Assembly (NCBI GenBank): GCA_964035545.1
Contig: OZ037765.1
Coordinates: forward strand, 34,620,080 to 34,684,079
From: Bugula neritina
Taxonomy: Eukaryota > Animalia > Bryozoa
Direction of reading: 5' to 3'
Length of the DNA: 64,000 nt
This document shows, in pieces, positions 38,950 to 51,505 of the stretch. The notes under the pieces were generated by a model. The model saw only the letters and a list, made by a program, of their open reading frames with translations, did no database searches and was not told the DNA's origin. A program made the translations under genes and the position numbers. The first letter of the stretch is position 1. Every line of letters begins with the position of its first letter.

Positions 38950-41900
38950 CTAGCTGGTAGGTTGGGCATACTGCTGCTAACATAATTCTCGTCAGCCTGT
39001 TCTTCTGTAATATTATTGAATGTGAAGGAGAATTTAGGGGTGGGCGGGACACTGCTCAACCCTAAGCTACTATTTGACCAGAACGGGGCAACTGGGGCGA
39101 CCAGGTTGGGGGTTCTGAGAAGAGGCGAAGTTATATCTGGGTGTTCACTGGGAGCGGCAGGGGTCTGGTAGGGGAAGGAGGAGCAGACGGAGGTTGAAGA
39201 GGGTTTCAGGACGCTGGGGGTGAGCAGAGGCGGCATTTCCTCTGAGGGACTCAGGCTAGACATGAGCATTTGGTTGTTGTCTCCCTCGTCAAATATCTCC
39301 GCGACAAAGGCAGGTATCTCTGTCGGTTTGTCAAGCTTCACAGCCAGAACTCTCTCTGCGTGTCGAGTAGAGATAGTACGCAGATCTGTTACCTGGTAAA
39401 CACAGCTCTGCACTCATCAGTGTGAAGATGGAGAGTTTCAAATATTAAATCAGTTTTCTATTTCAGACACCATTGAATAAACTAAACAGCTTTTATCAAA
39501 TTTTAACCAACTAAAAGTTTTATAATTCACTTAATAAACAATTACTTTGGAAGCTAAAAGTAAGAACTGAAGCTATAAATTCCTGCTCCAAACCTTAATC
39601 AAGATGGTGCCCCACCGACTCAAACTCGGCCCTGGCTGTTCGCAGACGTAGCGACTGAAAGCTCCAATGATTGGATCTTGTAACCTCTCAATAGCATCCG
39701 GGTTCTTCAAACCCGTCCTATCTGATAAACAACATAACTTTGGAGTTGTCTGTATTTATAGGACAAATTACTATAGAGTTATTTTCCCTGCTCATTTCAC
39801 AAACTTTGACTAATTACCGTAACGATATCTCCCTGTATTTAAAGAAATCAGAAAACATAGAAATAATTGCAGTACTTCGAGTCCAAATTTTTTAAAAATT
39901 CAACAAAATACACATAATATTTCATTTCCCTACAAACTTGAGACGCTGACCTACAAACTTGAGACGCTGACCTACCGGTCTGCATGAGAAGTAAGGCAGC
40001 AAGCAGAGCTACTTCGTTACGATCCAAATTGAGTTTAGAAATGCTTTTAGCAAACTCGAAGATTGGTGCGAGCAGCAGACTGATGCCGTGGTGGGAGATC
40101 TCGTGGAGCTGGTCCTGGTAGAGCTTGACTCCGTTGGAGAGGGTGAGGGAGCGCTCGGAGTTGTTGTACCTGCACGCAGCTCTGAGGCACATGATCTCCA
40201 TGCAGCATGACCTCAGCAGCAGCACCCGGTCATTAAGGTCAATCTACATTCCAACCAAGACTTAGGAGAGCATAACTCTAAATATCTAGAGTATCTGGGA
40301 GAACATAACTCTGAATATCTATAGTATCTGGGAGAACATAACTCTAAATATTTAGAGAGTATTTGCGAGAATATAACTCCAGAGATTCATAGAATATTTG
40401 GCTCATATATAGTATAGTAGTAGAGACAAGCAAACATGAGAAAGGTATAAAGTTGACTCACTGTTTCAAATCCGGGCACATTTTTAGCAAAATCTACTAC
40501 TTTGATTATTGAAGGAGTGATGACCTCTGCCAGTTGCTGCCACATCCTGCTGCTGTTACCATCTTCAGAGTCAAAGGGTAAGGGTGGCTGCAGAGGAGTA
40601 GAGAGTATGTCTATTTACTTTATAGTCTATTATATTCTATGCACTCTATACACTTTCTATATATACTCTATATACTATACTCTATATTCTATGCAATATA
40701 TACACTTTCTATTATATACTCTGTATACTATACTCTGAATTCTATGCACTCTATACACTTTCTACTATATACTCTATATACTATACTCCGTATACTATAC
40801 TGTATATAATACACTACACTATAGACTATAGACTATAGAGAGCACCTAGCACCTTAACACACATTGAAGTATTATAATAAAACATAATCTTGCTCAGGTT
40901 ACATAAAACAAATGTGCATAAATTTCAATTTAAGGAAAATGAATATTTAAAAGAGGAAGTAAATGAGTTCTCTCACGGAAGTGGAGTCTTTGTTTTTGAC
41001 GGAGCTCTTCTCAAACGCCTGCACAATGGCGTTGATGAGGTAATGATCCACTTCTTTGAGGGAGGAGGCGGGAGAGCTGCTGGTAGACTGCATGCTGCAG
41101 ACACTCTCACTTGGAGACATTGAGGGACGCTTGAGAACGCCCCTTCCCGATATGCCAATAGCGAGTGGAACTTGTGAGATGTCTGGGTGGCTGTTGTTTA
41201 CTTTTACTACCTTCACAAGTAGAGAAACAGGGCTTAGTATATCAGCCCGTGTAATATATATGACATCCTAATGTCTCATATATTATATAATATATGACAT
41301 CATATTGTGTCATATATTATATAATATATATGACATCATATTATCTCATATATAGTGTGTTGCATGTCTTAATGAGCAACCAAAGGATTTACCTCTCTGT
41401 CATAAGAAAGGTTTTCAAGCAATGTTCAAGTGGGCACTCAATACTAAGGAGTTGTCTATACAAAATAAGTGTGGAGAATTTGTAGCGTTACTTCATCATA
41501 TAAATATCTCTAAAGAATTTAGGCTATCTCACTGCACCTCAATATCTCTCTTCCGTCTCTCTCTGTTCTCTTCAATCAACTTCCTTTTTGCAATTCTTTG
41601 CTTTTCATTTAGTACCACTTCAAAGAAGAACAATATAATATTAATAACAATGCCATGTAATAATACCGACAATAATATAGCGTCAATAATGTCATAAAAT
41701 AATATTAGTATATAAAAAACACAGTTATATAATATTAGAAACCCTGCAGACGTCACACAGCTGCAGACGTCACACAGGTGCAAACATCACACAACTGCAG
41801 ACGTCACACAGCTGCAGACGTATGCAGTTGTGTGACAGACAAAGGTAACTATGAGAAAGCATACAGTCGGTTGCCATGCCGACGGAGATGCACTTGTTGA

Positions 41901-44565
41901 AGCGACACTGCTGACACTGGTTCCTCGTGTTCTTGTCTATCACACACTGTCCACTCCACTTGCAGTGGTACTTCAGGCTCTTCTGGATTGTTCTTCGGAA
42001 GAATCCCTGCAGAAGGAAGTAGACTAATGCATACCAGTTTCATGTGCAGAAAGTATTATGTGCAGAAACCATCATGAGTAGAAAGTATTATGTGCAGAAG
42101 TAGAGCAGTGTGTGTGTATTGTATACAATGATTGTCACAAGAGAAGGCAAACCTTGCAGCCCTCACAAGTCATGCATCTGTAGTGGTATCCTGTGGCAGC
42201 GTCAGCGCACACTACGCAAGGTTCGGGGCCGTTAGTCAAGTCCATGTAGCTCGGAATGTACGGAGTGCTTGCAGAATTACCTCCTACATGCAAGAGTATA
42301 CACAAAGTAGAAGTTGTGAAATGGGAACAATATACAGATAACTGTGTAAAGCCTGTATCTATAAGATAATTCTAGCCTTACAAGTTGTTTGTTCTAGAAG
42401 TTCTAGACATGTAGAAACTCAAGCTAAGTAGTAAACAGAGAGAGTTGGAAATCTATGGATAACTGGTCTTGGAGTAACAAATTCTCATATTTTATAAAAA
42501 GCAAATAAAATCATAAAATATATTATTGGAGAATGTTGAGGGTTTCATATCTTCAAACTCTGGGTCTGGTTTATAGAATGGTTCTATAAGCAGCTCCAAG
42601 TTGGGGGTGAAGGAGTGCAGTAGTTTCAGTTCTCCAGTTTACAACATAAATAGAAACTTGGAACCCCCAACTCGGAGCTACTTGTAGAATTATTCTGGTT
42701 TGTAGACTATGGGAGGAAAAGGAATATGTTCATTATACTAAACTAGCACTGCTACTGTGTGGGTACACATACTAGTAGCACTGCTATTGTGTGGGTACAC
42801 ATACTAGTAGCACTGCTATTGTGTGGGTACACATACTAGTAGCACTGCTACTGTGTGGGTACACATACTAGTAGCACTGCTACTGTGTGGGTACACACAT
42901 TGAACTATAATCGGGTTATAGTTTCAGTTCAGTGGGTACACATACTAGTAGCAGTGCTACTGTGTGGGTACACATACTAGTAGCACTGCTACTGTGTGGG
43001 TACACACTACTACTGTAAGACAACAGAGACTGGATTAAGGATAGTTGACCTAGTGAGTGTTAGAGACGAGGCATTCTAATGCTTTTACCCTCGTAGCTTG
43101 GGTCAAGGCCTCCTGCAGACTCTGATAAAACTGGTTATAATAGAGGGCTAGTGACCTTCGGCAGAACAGAGGCGTAGCCAGAAGGGGGGCTACAGTCTTG
43201 GTGCTTATTTTAGATTAATTTATTCTACTGTGACAACTTCAAACTGGGATAATTTCAAATAAGTCTTGTAAGCAACTTTCAATATCAGGGTTTAGCCGAT
43301 ATTTTAGTTTAAATATGAGGAATTACCTTTTTATTATAGAAGTCTAGCATGCATATTGTTTATTCTATGCCGTCAATTTCCCATCACATATATATTCTAT
43401 GAATATAAAGACTGCTTAATATAATCAATCAGCTAATGTCAAGGACTGTACCCCCATGTTACTGCACCAATCCACCCCTTTCAGTTGTCTCTGCTGTTAT
43501 GTAACACTAATCACGTGAATTATTAATACTGAGGTCAGTGTCCAGACACTAAATTGCAGCCTTCCTTGCCGCCCATCCTAGCCTCAAACAATCAATGGAG
43601 CTCTCAACTTCTCAACTCAACGCTTTCTAGTCTCAACCTTAAATTTATGATTCGTGCTTTATAGGAATGTGCTACACTCCTCACTGTATACTCAACTCAA
43701 CTCCAGGCTCTCTGACCCCCCCCCCCTTTCCTGAAATACCACTTCACACAAGATGAAACTGACCATGTACATGTCTCATGGATCAGCAATAATTGCTGCT
43801 GCTGGCTGCAATGATTCAGTAAAAGTCACTAAAAGAAATTTTGTTTATTAAACTTTTTACATGATTTTAGAAAATTAAGTTCAATTATTTCCATCCAAAC
43901 AAATAAATATCAGCTAATGGTCTGCAAACACAGTTGAGGCAGCACAACTGTGACATGCTTTTGGCAGCAATGAAGACTGAGGTGTGAGTTAGTAGACAAG
44001 AGGGCATTAGACGGGGGGGGGGGGGGATTCATACACACATAAAATGGGACACAGATTTTATGATTTTAGTATTAATAAGTTTACAGAAAATATATTGAAC
44101 TAACAGAAATAAAATAATATATACTAATCATGTAGCTATATATTATACCAATGTTGTAGATGAAAGTGTATTGTGTAGATATAGAGTATGCTGTATATAT
44201 AGAGTATACTGTATATATAGAGTATATTGTAGATATAGAATATATACTGTAGATATAGAGTATATAGTAGATATAGAGTAGATACTGTAGATAAAGAGTA
44301 TATTTCTACCATACATCAACTAGAAATGAAAGCATTTCCCTCCGAATACAGAAATAATACCTTTCTTACGCTTAGAGCCAATCTCTGAGTGGGCAGATCT
44401 GTTGGACATGCCGGCCATTGCTCCTCCCACCATCTCGGCCATTGTTCCTCCCACCATCTCACTGGTGTAGTTATTGTTGTTGTACACCGGCATTCCCATC
44501 GGTATTCCAACTAGAGTCGGCATTGAGGGGCGCATCTCTACCGAACTGGTTGATGACGAGTCCAT
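38940..44565 (-). CDS. THR: Thyroid hormone receptor (NR1A)
   Basis: Exons 44370 (or 44361)-44565, 42153-42283 ([29 protein letters not shown]), 41865-42006 ([30 protein letters not shown]), about 41533-41617 ([22 protein letters not shown]), possible 41393-41455, about 40977-41210, 40462-40587 ([13 protein letters not shown]), 39976-40243 ([20 protein letters not shown]), 39594-39721, 38940-39392 (VTDLR..HAER..AEIFD plus long tail). Hinge junctions uncertain. Confidence 0.93.
42575..42696. mobile_element. Small MITE with about 33-bp TIRs
   Basis: AGAATGGTTCTATAAGCAGCTCCAAGTTGGGGG / CCCCCAACTCGGAGCTACTTGTAGAATTATTCT. Confidence 0.6.
42742..43010. repeat. Intronic 32-bp minisatellite interrupted by a short hairpin
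   Basis: Unit ACTAGTAGCACTGCTACTGTGTGGGTACACAT; inserted GAACTATAA-tcggg-TTATAGTTTC near 42902-42925. Confidence 0.85.
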
Positions 44566-45099
44566 GCTATCCTTCAAGTCGTTCTCAACTCTAAATAGCA
44601 CTCACTCAACATAGTACTGACTATGCATATGTTATGATCAGCTTAAAACTCGAAAATAAATTCCAAGATAAAATTTTCTGGTTATAGTTTTATGCAGCAC
44701 AAACCAAACTTGTGATAGCTATTAGCACATAGTAAAATGAAAAATAATAAAAGTGAAAAATAAAAGAAAAAACATGAAGTGACAATACTATATTGAAAAG
44801 CCCATTTGTGATATGATGTCTGCAGCCAACTAACGCATAGTGATAGCAAGAAGGTGTAATATATTAGCCTATGGTTGCTGTCATTCTTATAGTAACTGGT
44901 GAGCACTTACCTTCTATTTATAATATCATCACTATAGTTGATAATCACATGCTAACACATCTTGTCAGTGTCTGTAAGCAGCCATCATGTGAACCTAATG
45001 TAAGAGTATGTCACACCTCGTAGTCTAGTACTTCACTGTGTTATATCTGATTAGCCTTCTACACCGTACTGCTAGCCATGGTTAGCGGCTGTTGACCTT

Positions 45100-45835
45100 A
45101 GCTGTTTGTAACCACTAATATACTGCGCGGAAGAGTGGAGAACGAAAACCCTCGTGTATCCCCGATATCCTTAGTTATCAGTTGTGGATTCAATGCCGTT
45201 TATAAAGGTGCAGGTTTTGATATATAAAGTTTCTTTTGTTACAAATTTCATTGGCTAAAGTAATGCCTCGCTTTTATTGGTCAAAATATTCTATAAAAAA
45301 AGCTGGCTTCATGTAAAACAGAATTTGTGAGGCAATTAATTGCCTTACAATGCTCATAAATAAGTCATAAAATTATCAACGGCATCAAAACGAGCATGAA
45401 TCACAAATATTTACATTATTCTTTTTTCGCCTTCTTTTCTTACCTATTTCCGCTTTGTCCTGTTCTGGTGTGGGGAAAATATTCATATTGTACTTTTTGA
45501 ATATTACATGAGAAAGATAGCAAAAGCCAATGACGCTCCAATATGTCATTCCAAAGGTAATGCAGTTTTGCAATATAATATTACGCTTGCATGAACTAAC
45601 ATAGCAAGAAAATATCAAAATAATAGCAATGATCGACTACAATAGCAAAATATTATTCTTATAACTTTTCAACAAGGTAAATATTGCATGTAAAAAATCA
45701 ACCAATCAAAGTTAGCATGATAACTAGCCAATTAAATTCGAAACGTAACTGACTGCACATAGTGACGTTCGAAAAGCGTATGAGTTCAATCTTCAATGAC
45801 AATAACGATTGCTATGTGGATGTGGATGTAATTTG
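45100..45835. promoter_or_regulatory. Putative bidirectional promoter for THR (-) and ERCC1 (+) with multiple CCAAT boxes
   Basis: ATTGG at 45250 and 45276; CCAAT at 45527, 45538, 45702 and 45728; flanked by candidate first-exon donors at 44905-44910 (-) and 45835 (+, GTAAGC). Confidence 0.55.
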
Positions 45836-46973
45836 TAAGCACTCAATATTTCTTAATCAAATTGAACTATCAGTATATCTTGGTGAGATTATAGTTTTTT
45901 TTACAAATATATTATCAATAAAACCTTGAACTAGGTAATCGAGTTTGACATAATGATAATGATAATCATTAATGACAATGATATTCATATTGAATTTGGT
46001 ATTGTGGTTGTCAAACTCAATTGATAATCCTAAGTCCTAATCTGTAAGTGTAATTATAATAATAATATTGTAAAATTAAATATAATTATAATGATATCAT
46101 AATACTGATATTCTGAATATGTGTAACACCAACAGACTACCAGACACCAGTACTAATATTAATAATAATATCCGTTATCAGTTATGTACTTGTGATTATT
46201 TCATTTGACTTTGTCTAGTCTAATGTTTTATTGATACTCATACTGGTGTTGATAATCTATATCATTCATAATAATCTTAAATTTGATATTAAAATTAAGT
46301 TTGATATATTCTTATCATATTCATATTGATATTGAACTTGATATTCATATTCATAACTGATATAGCTATGCATCTATTTTAATTCAGTTTCTGTTTGAGT
46401 TTCGCGTCTTATATGATTTAATTTTACCTTAAATAACAATAATTATTTTCCTTTATTCATTTTGACTTTCGGTTTAAGTTTAAATTCAATTACCAGCTTC
46501 GTAAGCTGAGGTGACTAATTTGAGTTGTGACACTGTGACAGTGACAGATGTCTGTAACACTACCAGTGATTGTGAGTGCACAAGTTAGTGATTGAATTTA
46601 GCATTTAGGCCTATGCACTTTCCAATATTGAATATAGCTAATACTATAAGTATTTTGGATTGCTATTATTATGGATTAAATTCTTATTTATATTAATGTG
46701 GTGTACATGTTGTGAGTTTTGCAAGTTAGAAGATTGCAGTTTGATTCTCAATCATTTTTTACGTATCGATATTATTTATTCTTTACCATTAATGAAAACC
46801 TGTAGCCTATGTTAATAATAAGGGATAATAGTTTACCATAGTTATGTTGTAATTATTTAATAATTAGCATTATATTCAACTATTTTTATTCAATTGTTTC
46901 ACTTTACCTTTCAATTCTATTTTAATTATGTTCTAGTAATACAGCTGAATTGAAATGTCCAGAATGGTAAGAA

Positions 46974-49900
46974 ATGGCAACTTTTAAAGTCCCATCTCTT
47001 TCCGATGACGAGCTATTAGACAGCATCACTTCTGCTGAAACGGGAGACAAAAAGGTGACATGTTTGATCAACTGCTAAAATAGAGACATCCCCTACTAAT
47101 CTACATATATGTACAGTAGCTGAGTGACACCATGTAGATGTGGGTAGCTAGGAGTCAGTAGAAACTAACCGGGCTCTCAGCCTGTGATATTGGGACACGC
47201 GTATCTTTTGTTAACTAAATTCTCATTTAATGTTTCCAGACTCTCTTTGAAAGGAGGGATGAATTCAAAGCTTCATCTGGTAGTCAACGTACCACCAGTG
47301 CTGCTAGCACGAGCACTGCGGGGGTAGCCCGACTACCCGAAGTGAAAGCAGTAAGCACTGAGTCTAAGAGCATCTCAGCTGATCCACCTTCTTCTTCAGG
47401 ACACGAGTTGCAGAAGTCAGCGGCTGGCAGCAGGTGAGTAGTGAGATAGTGGAGAGTAGTTAGTAGTGAGTCAGTGGAGAGTAGTTAGTAGTGAGTCAGT
47501 AGAGAGTAGCTAGTCAGTGGAGAGTAGAGAGTAATGAGTCAGTAGTGAGTAGTTAGTAGTGAGTCAGTAGTGAGTCAGTAGTTAGTAGTAAGTAGTGAGT
47601 CAGTAGTGAGTAGAGAGTAGTGAGTCAGGAGAGAGTGAGCAGCATCCAGTTTCTCAGAATATGCTGACTCTGTGGGCGTGTCTAATCTGATGCTAAGAAT
47701 ATCACTTGCCAATCAGTTTTATTGTCACTTTTGAGTATTTGAAAATGTCTAAATATACTGATTTTAATCAAAATAGTGTTATGTAGTATTTTCTCACCTT
47801 TCTCCACCATTTCCTGATCGGGTGGCGGAGTATTATGTTATATTTGAATACAATGCTTCCTCCATATCACGCTATCAAAATGGTGATATGAAATTTCAAA
47901 CATATTTATAGCTTCATAAAACAATTGAACTGTTTGCACCAGTTATCTACACCAAGTGCATTCTACTGACTGCATGTGCTGAGAGTGGCGTGTGTCAGAC
48001 AGACAGGGGACAGAATAGTTCGTATTATATTTCAGTTCCTCAACATCTGCGTACAGAATATTAGTCAACAAGAAACAGAAAGGTAACCCAGTTCTCAAGT
48101 GTATACACAACGTACCGTGGGAGTACGACTCCATCATACCAGACTACGAGCTGGGTCGGTGTGCGTGTGCTCTCTATCTCACGGTGAAGTACCATAATAG
48201 GTAATATATATACATTACTGTGTAATATATATACCCTACTATGTAATATATATATACCTCACTGTGTAATATATATATACCTTACTGTGTAATATATATA
48301 CCTTACTGTGTAATATATATACCTTACACTGTAATATATATACCTTACTGTGTAATATATATACCTTACTGTGTAATATATATACCTTACTGTGCAATAT
48401 ATATATATCTTACTGTGTAATATATATACCTTACTGTGTAATATATATACCTTACTGTGCAATATATATATATCTTACTGCGTAATATATATACCTTACT
48501 GTGTAATATATATACCTTACTGTGTAATATATATACCTTACTGTGTAATATATATATACCTTACTGTGTAATATATATACCTTACTGTGTAATATATATA
48601 CCTTACTGTGCAATATATATATATCTTACTGTGTAATATATATACCTTACTGCGTAATATATATACCTTACTGTGTAATATATATACCTTACTGTGTAAT
48701 ATATATACCTTACTGTGTAATATATATACCTTACTGTGTAATATATATACCTTACACTGTATTATATATATTTTACTGTGTAATATATACCTTATAGATT
48801 TCCAGAATATATTCACAATAGACTGAAAGAACTGGGCAAGTCATATGAGCTGAGAATTCTATTGCTGCTAGTAGACACGGTACGTTACGTCTCAAAATTA
48901 TCTCAACTCTTATTTCATACTCGCTGACTTTATTTCAGGCTCGCTGATTCTTATTTTATCTTCGCTGACTCTCTGTTTACAGAAGCAGCAGGACATAAGT
49001 CACGAGTTGAATCAACTCACACGGATATGCATCCTCGCCGACTGTACGCTCATACTAGCCTTCAGGTGAGACCCCCTCCCCTCCCCTGGGGGTGTAAGAA
49101 GGGGTGGATAACTGCCTACAGACATATGTTGGTTTACTCATTCATCTGTGGAGAATACAATTCTGGGTTTAATTTAGAGTTGTCTGTCATATTGTTGGAA
49201 TAAATTCCAGAATAATTTTTCCAAAAGCTGAAGAAAGTGATGATTATTTTCTCTAATATGTTGTTTATTTTGTATTAGCTGTTTAGCACAGAAACAGTGT
49301 ATCACCAATTGCGTAGCTCTGGTTTGGCATGTCTGTATGTATAGACAACTCCTACTACTCTCAACTAAGTCTCTAGAATTGATTTACTTTAATTCTATTA
49401 GTATGTTCACGGTTGTGCTGGCAGTGACGTTGTGCTGGCAGTGACGTTGTGCTGACAGTGACGTTGTGCTGGCAGTTACGTTGTGCTGACAGTGACGTTG
49501 TGCTGACAGTGACGTTGTGCTGTCTGTAGTGTTGAAGAAGCGGGTAGATATCTCGAGTTGTATAAATCTTATGAAAACAAACCACCCACTGAGTTGATGG
49601 GGAAAACTAAATCAGATTTCCTTTCTCAGGTGAGAGGATAACTCTGTATATTGCATATAACAGTAATCAAATCTATAACTAGTAAAGGTTGAGCCTATCA
49701 AATATAAACCAAAGTGTACTGTATTATAGAAATGCTATTGTATAACATTATTTCTCTGTTTCCATCACAAAGCTAACAGTCTAGTTTATTCCATATTCAC
49801 GACATTCAAGGTGATTGGGTGAATAACTCCTGAACTAGTACATATCTATCGTCACCAGATGCTATCATGTTACAATACTACGTTTCTACTACTAGTTTAT

Positions 49901-50737
49901 GTGTTAACAATTAATATTTATAGCAATACAAATTTTACCATCTTATCGTGCACTTTACCTGCGCTGTCAGTGTTTATCTGCTCTGTCAGCATTCTATGGT
50001 AAACTGTTTTCAGTTAAATGGTCTTGAGAATTTCTTTATGTTATGATGCAGTTATTGCTCGAGCATAGTTAGCCAAATATTTATGATTAGAGTTTACTAA
50101 CTCTTGATTCAATCAGCTTAAATTATATGTGAGCACAACTCCAAGACAGTCATTTATGTTTTCATAGGCTACGGAATTTCTTACCTGTGTGAAGGGAGTC
50201 AACAAGACTGATGTGACCAGTTTACTCTCTCGGTTCAAGGTGAGCCCAAAATAACTCACAACTATTGATGACTCATAGGTTTGTTTAGACAACACGGGTT
50301 TCCAAGCTTTGCATTATGCGAATAGATTTTTTATTTCATGTTTGAAAACACATGCAAACGGCTACCACAAATTCATCTGTGTGGGCATCCATTGCATAAT
50401 GCAAGCCCGAGAGCCTCTGTTTGCATTATTAGTCTAGATTTATCTGCTTTGTATGTTGAATTGTATTGAACAGATAACTCAGAATAGAACTGATAGCTTG
50501 TCTTTTGACCTCTCAAAGTGAGCCGCATGTACCTTGTAGACTCTGCGCGCAGTTATTAACGCAGATGTAGATTCACTCAGCATGTGCCCGGGTATTGGAC
50601 CCGTGAAGGCGCGGAGGCTGCACAGCGCCTTCACCACCTCTTTCCTTAAACGCACTGCCAGCAAGAGAGCAGGAAATGTACCAACTGGCGAGATGGAGTT
50701 GCTAGAAGAAGACTGGGAAGATTGTGAAATGAACTGA
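46974..50737 (+). CDS. ERCC1: DNA excision repair protein ERCC-1
   Basis: Exons 46974-47054, 47240-47433, 48036-48200 ([40 protein letters not shown]), 48798-48879 (PEYIHNRL), 48983-49065 ([13 protein letters not shown]), 49530-49629 ([17 protein letters not shown]), 50168-50239 (VKGVNKTD), 50540-50737 (HhH: [12 protein letters not shown]). Absent from the ORF track because the exons are short. Confidence 0.95.
48201..48797. repeat. Intronic 21-23-bp satellite GTAATATATATACCTTACTGT filling the whole ERCC1 intron
   Basis: Donor GTAATA and acceptor CCTTATAG are unit variants. Confidence 0.93.
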
Positions 50738-51505
50738 ACATATTTGTAAAAAAATTTGTAAATTATTTGCATTATTCCGCCCGATATCAGATCAAAGATA
50801 AAGGTTATCGATTAATAGGCTATAGTCAATTATATTTCTTTTTATATTTTATATTAAAATTTGTAAATTAAAACATAGAATCTTTACTAAAATAAAAAGT
50901 TTAATACTAAAAGACAATTTACTATAGTTTAGTAATAGTACGACTATCATTCCCGGCAATCAACAAATTTTTTATTCAAGAATAAAAGCTGGAGAAATGG
51001 TGAAGACTTTTTATAAAAATATTTTTTATCCCCTGCAAAATGTTCAGAGATATGCATATAAGATTTCTGCAGTTTTAAGAAATCGTAAGCATCAAAATCG
51101 ACGCCATATTGAATACTAAAATACTCGCTCGCGACCAGTCAGTCAGTAACTAAGATTGAGCTACAATGCCAATGTAGAAAAACAGTAAAACTAAAACTTG
51201 ACTCCAAAAATGGGAGAAAATAACACTAAAATATGCAACATATACAGGTGTACATTTCATAAAACGATCATAGAATTGCATAAATACAACAAAAACCGCG
51301 ATTGATTCTTATTGAAACAGATGTAGATATACAGGTATTCACTATATACACTTTTATACAAGACCAGGTGTGATTACATCACACCCTGGAGAACACAACA
51401 TGCACTGGCCGTCTCCTATAAACACGGCGACAAGCCAGGGGGAGTAACTCCATCTAGCCAGCCACTCGTCATGTGCAGTAGATATCTAGTTTGTAGCACT
51501 CAGAC

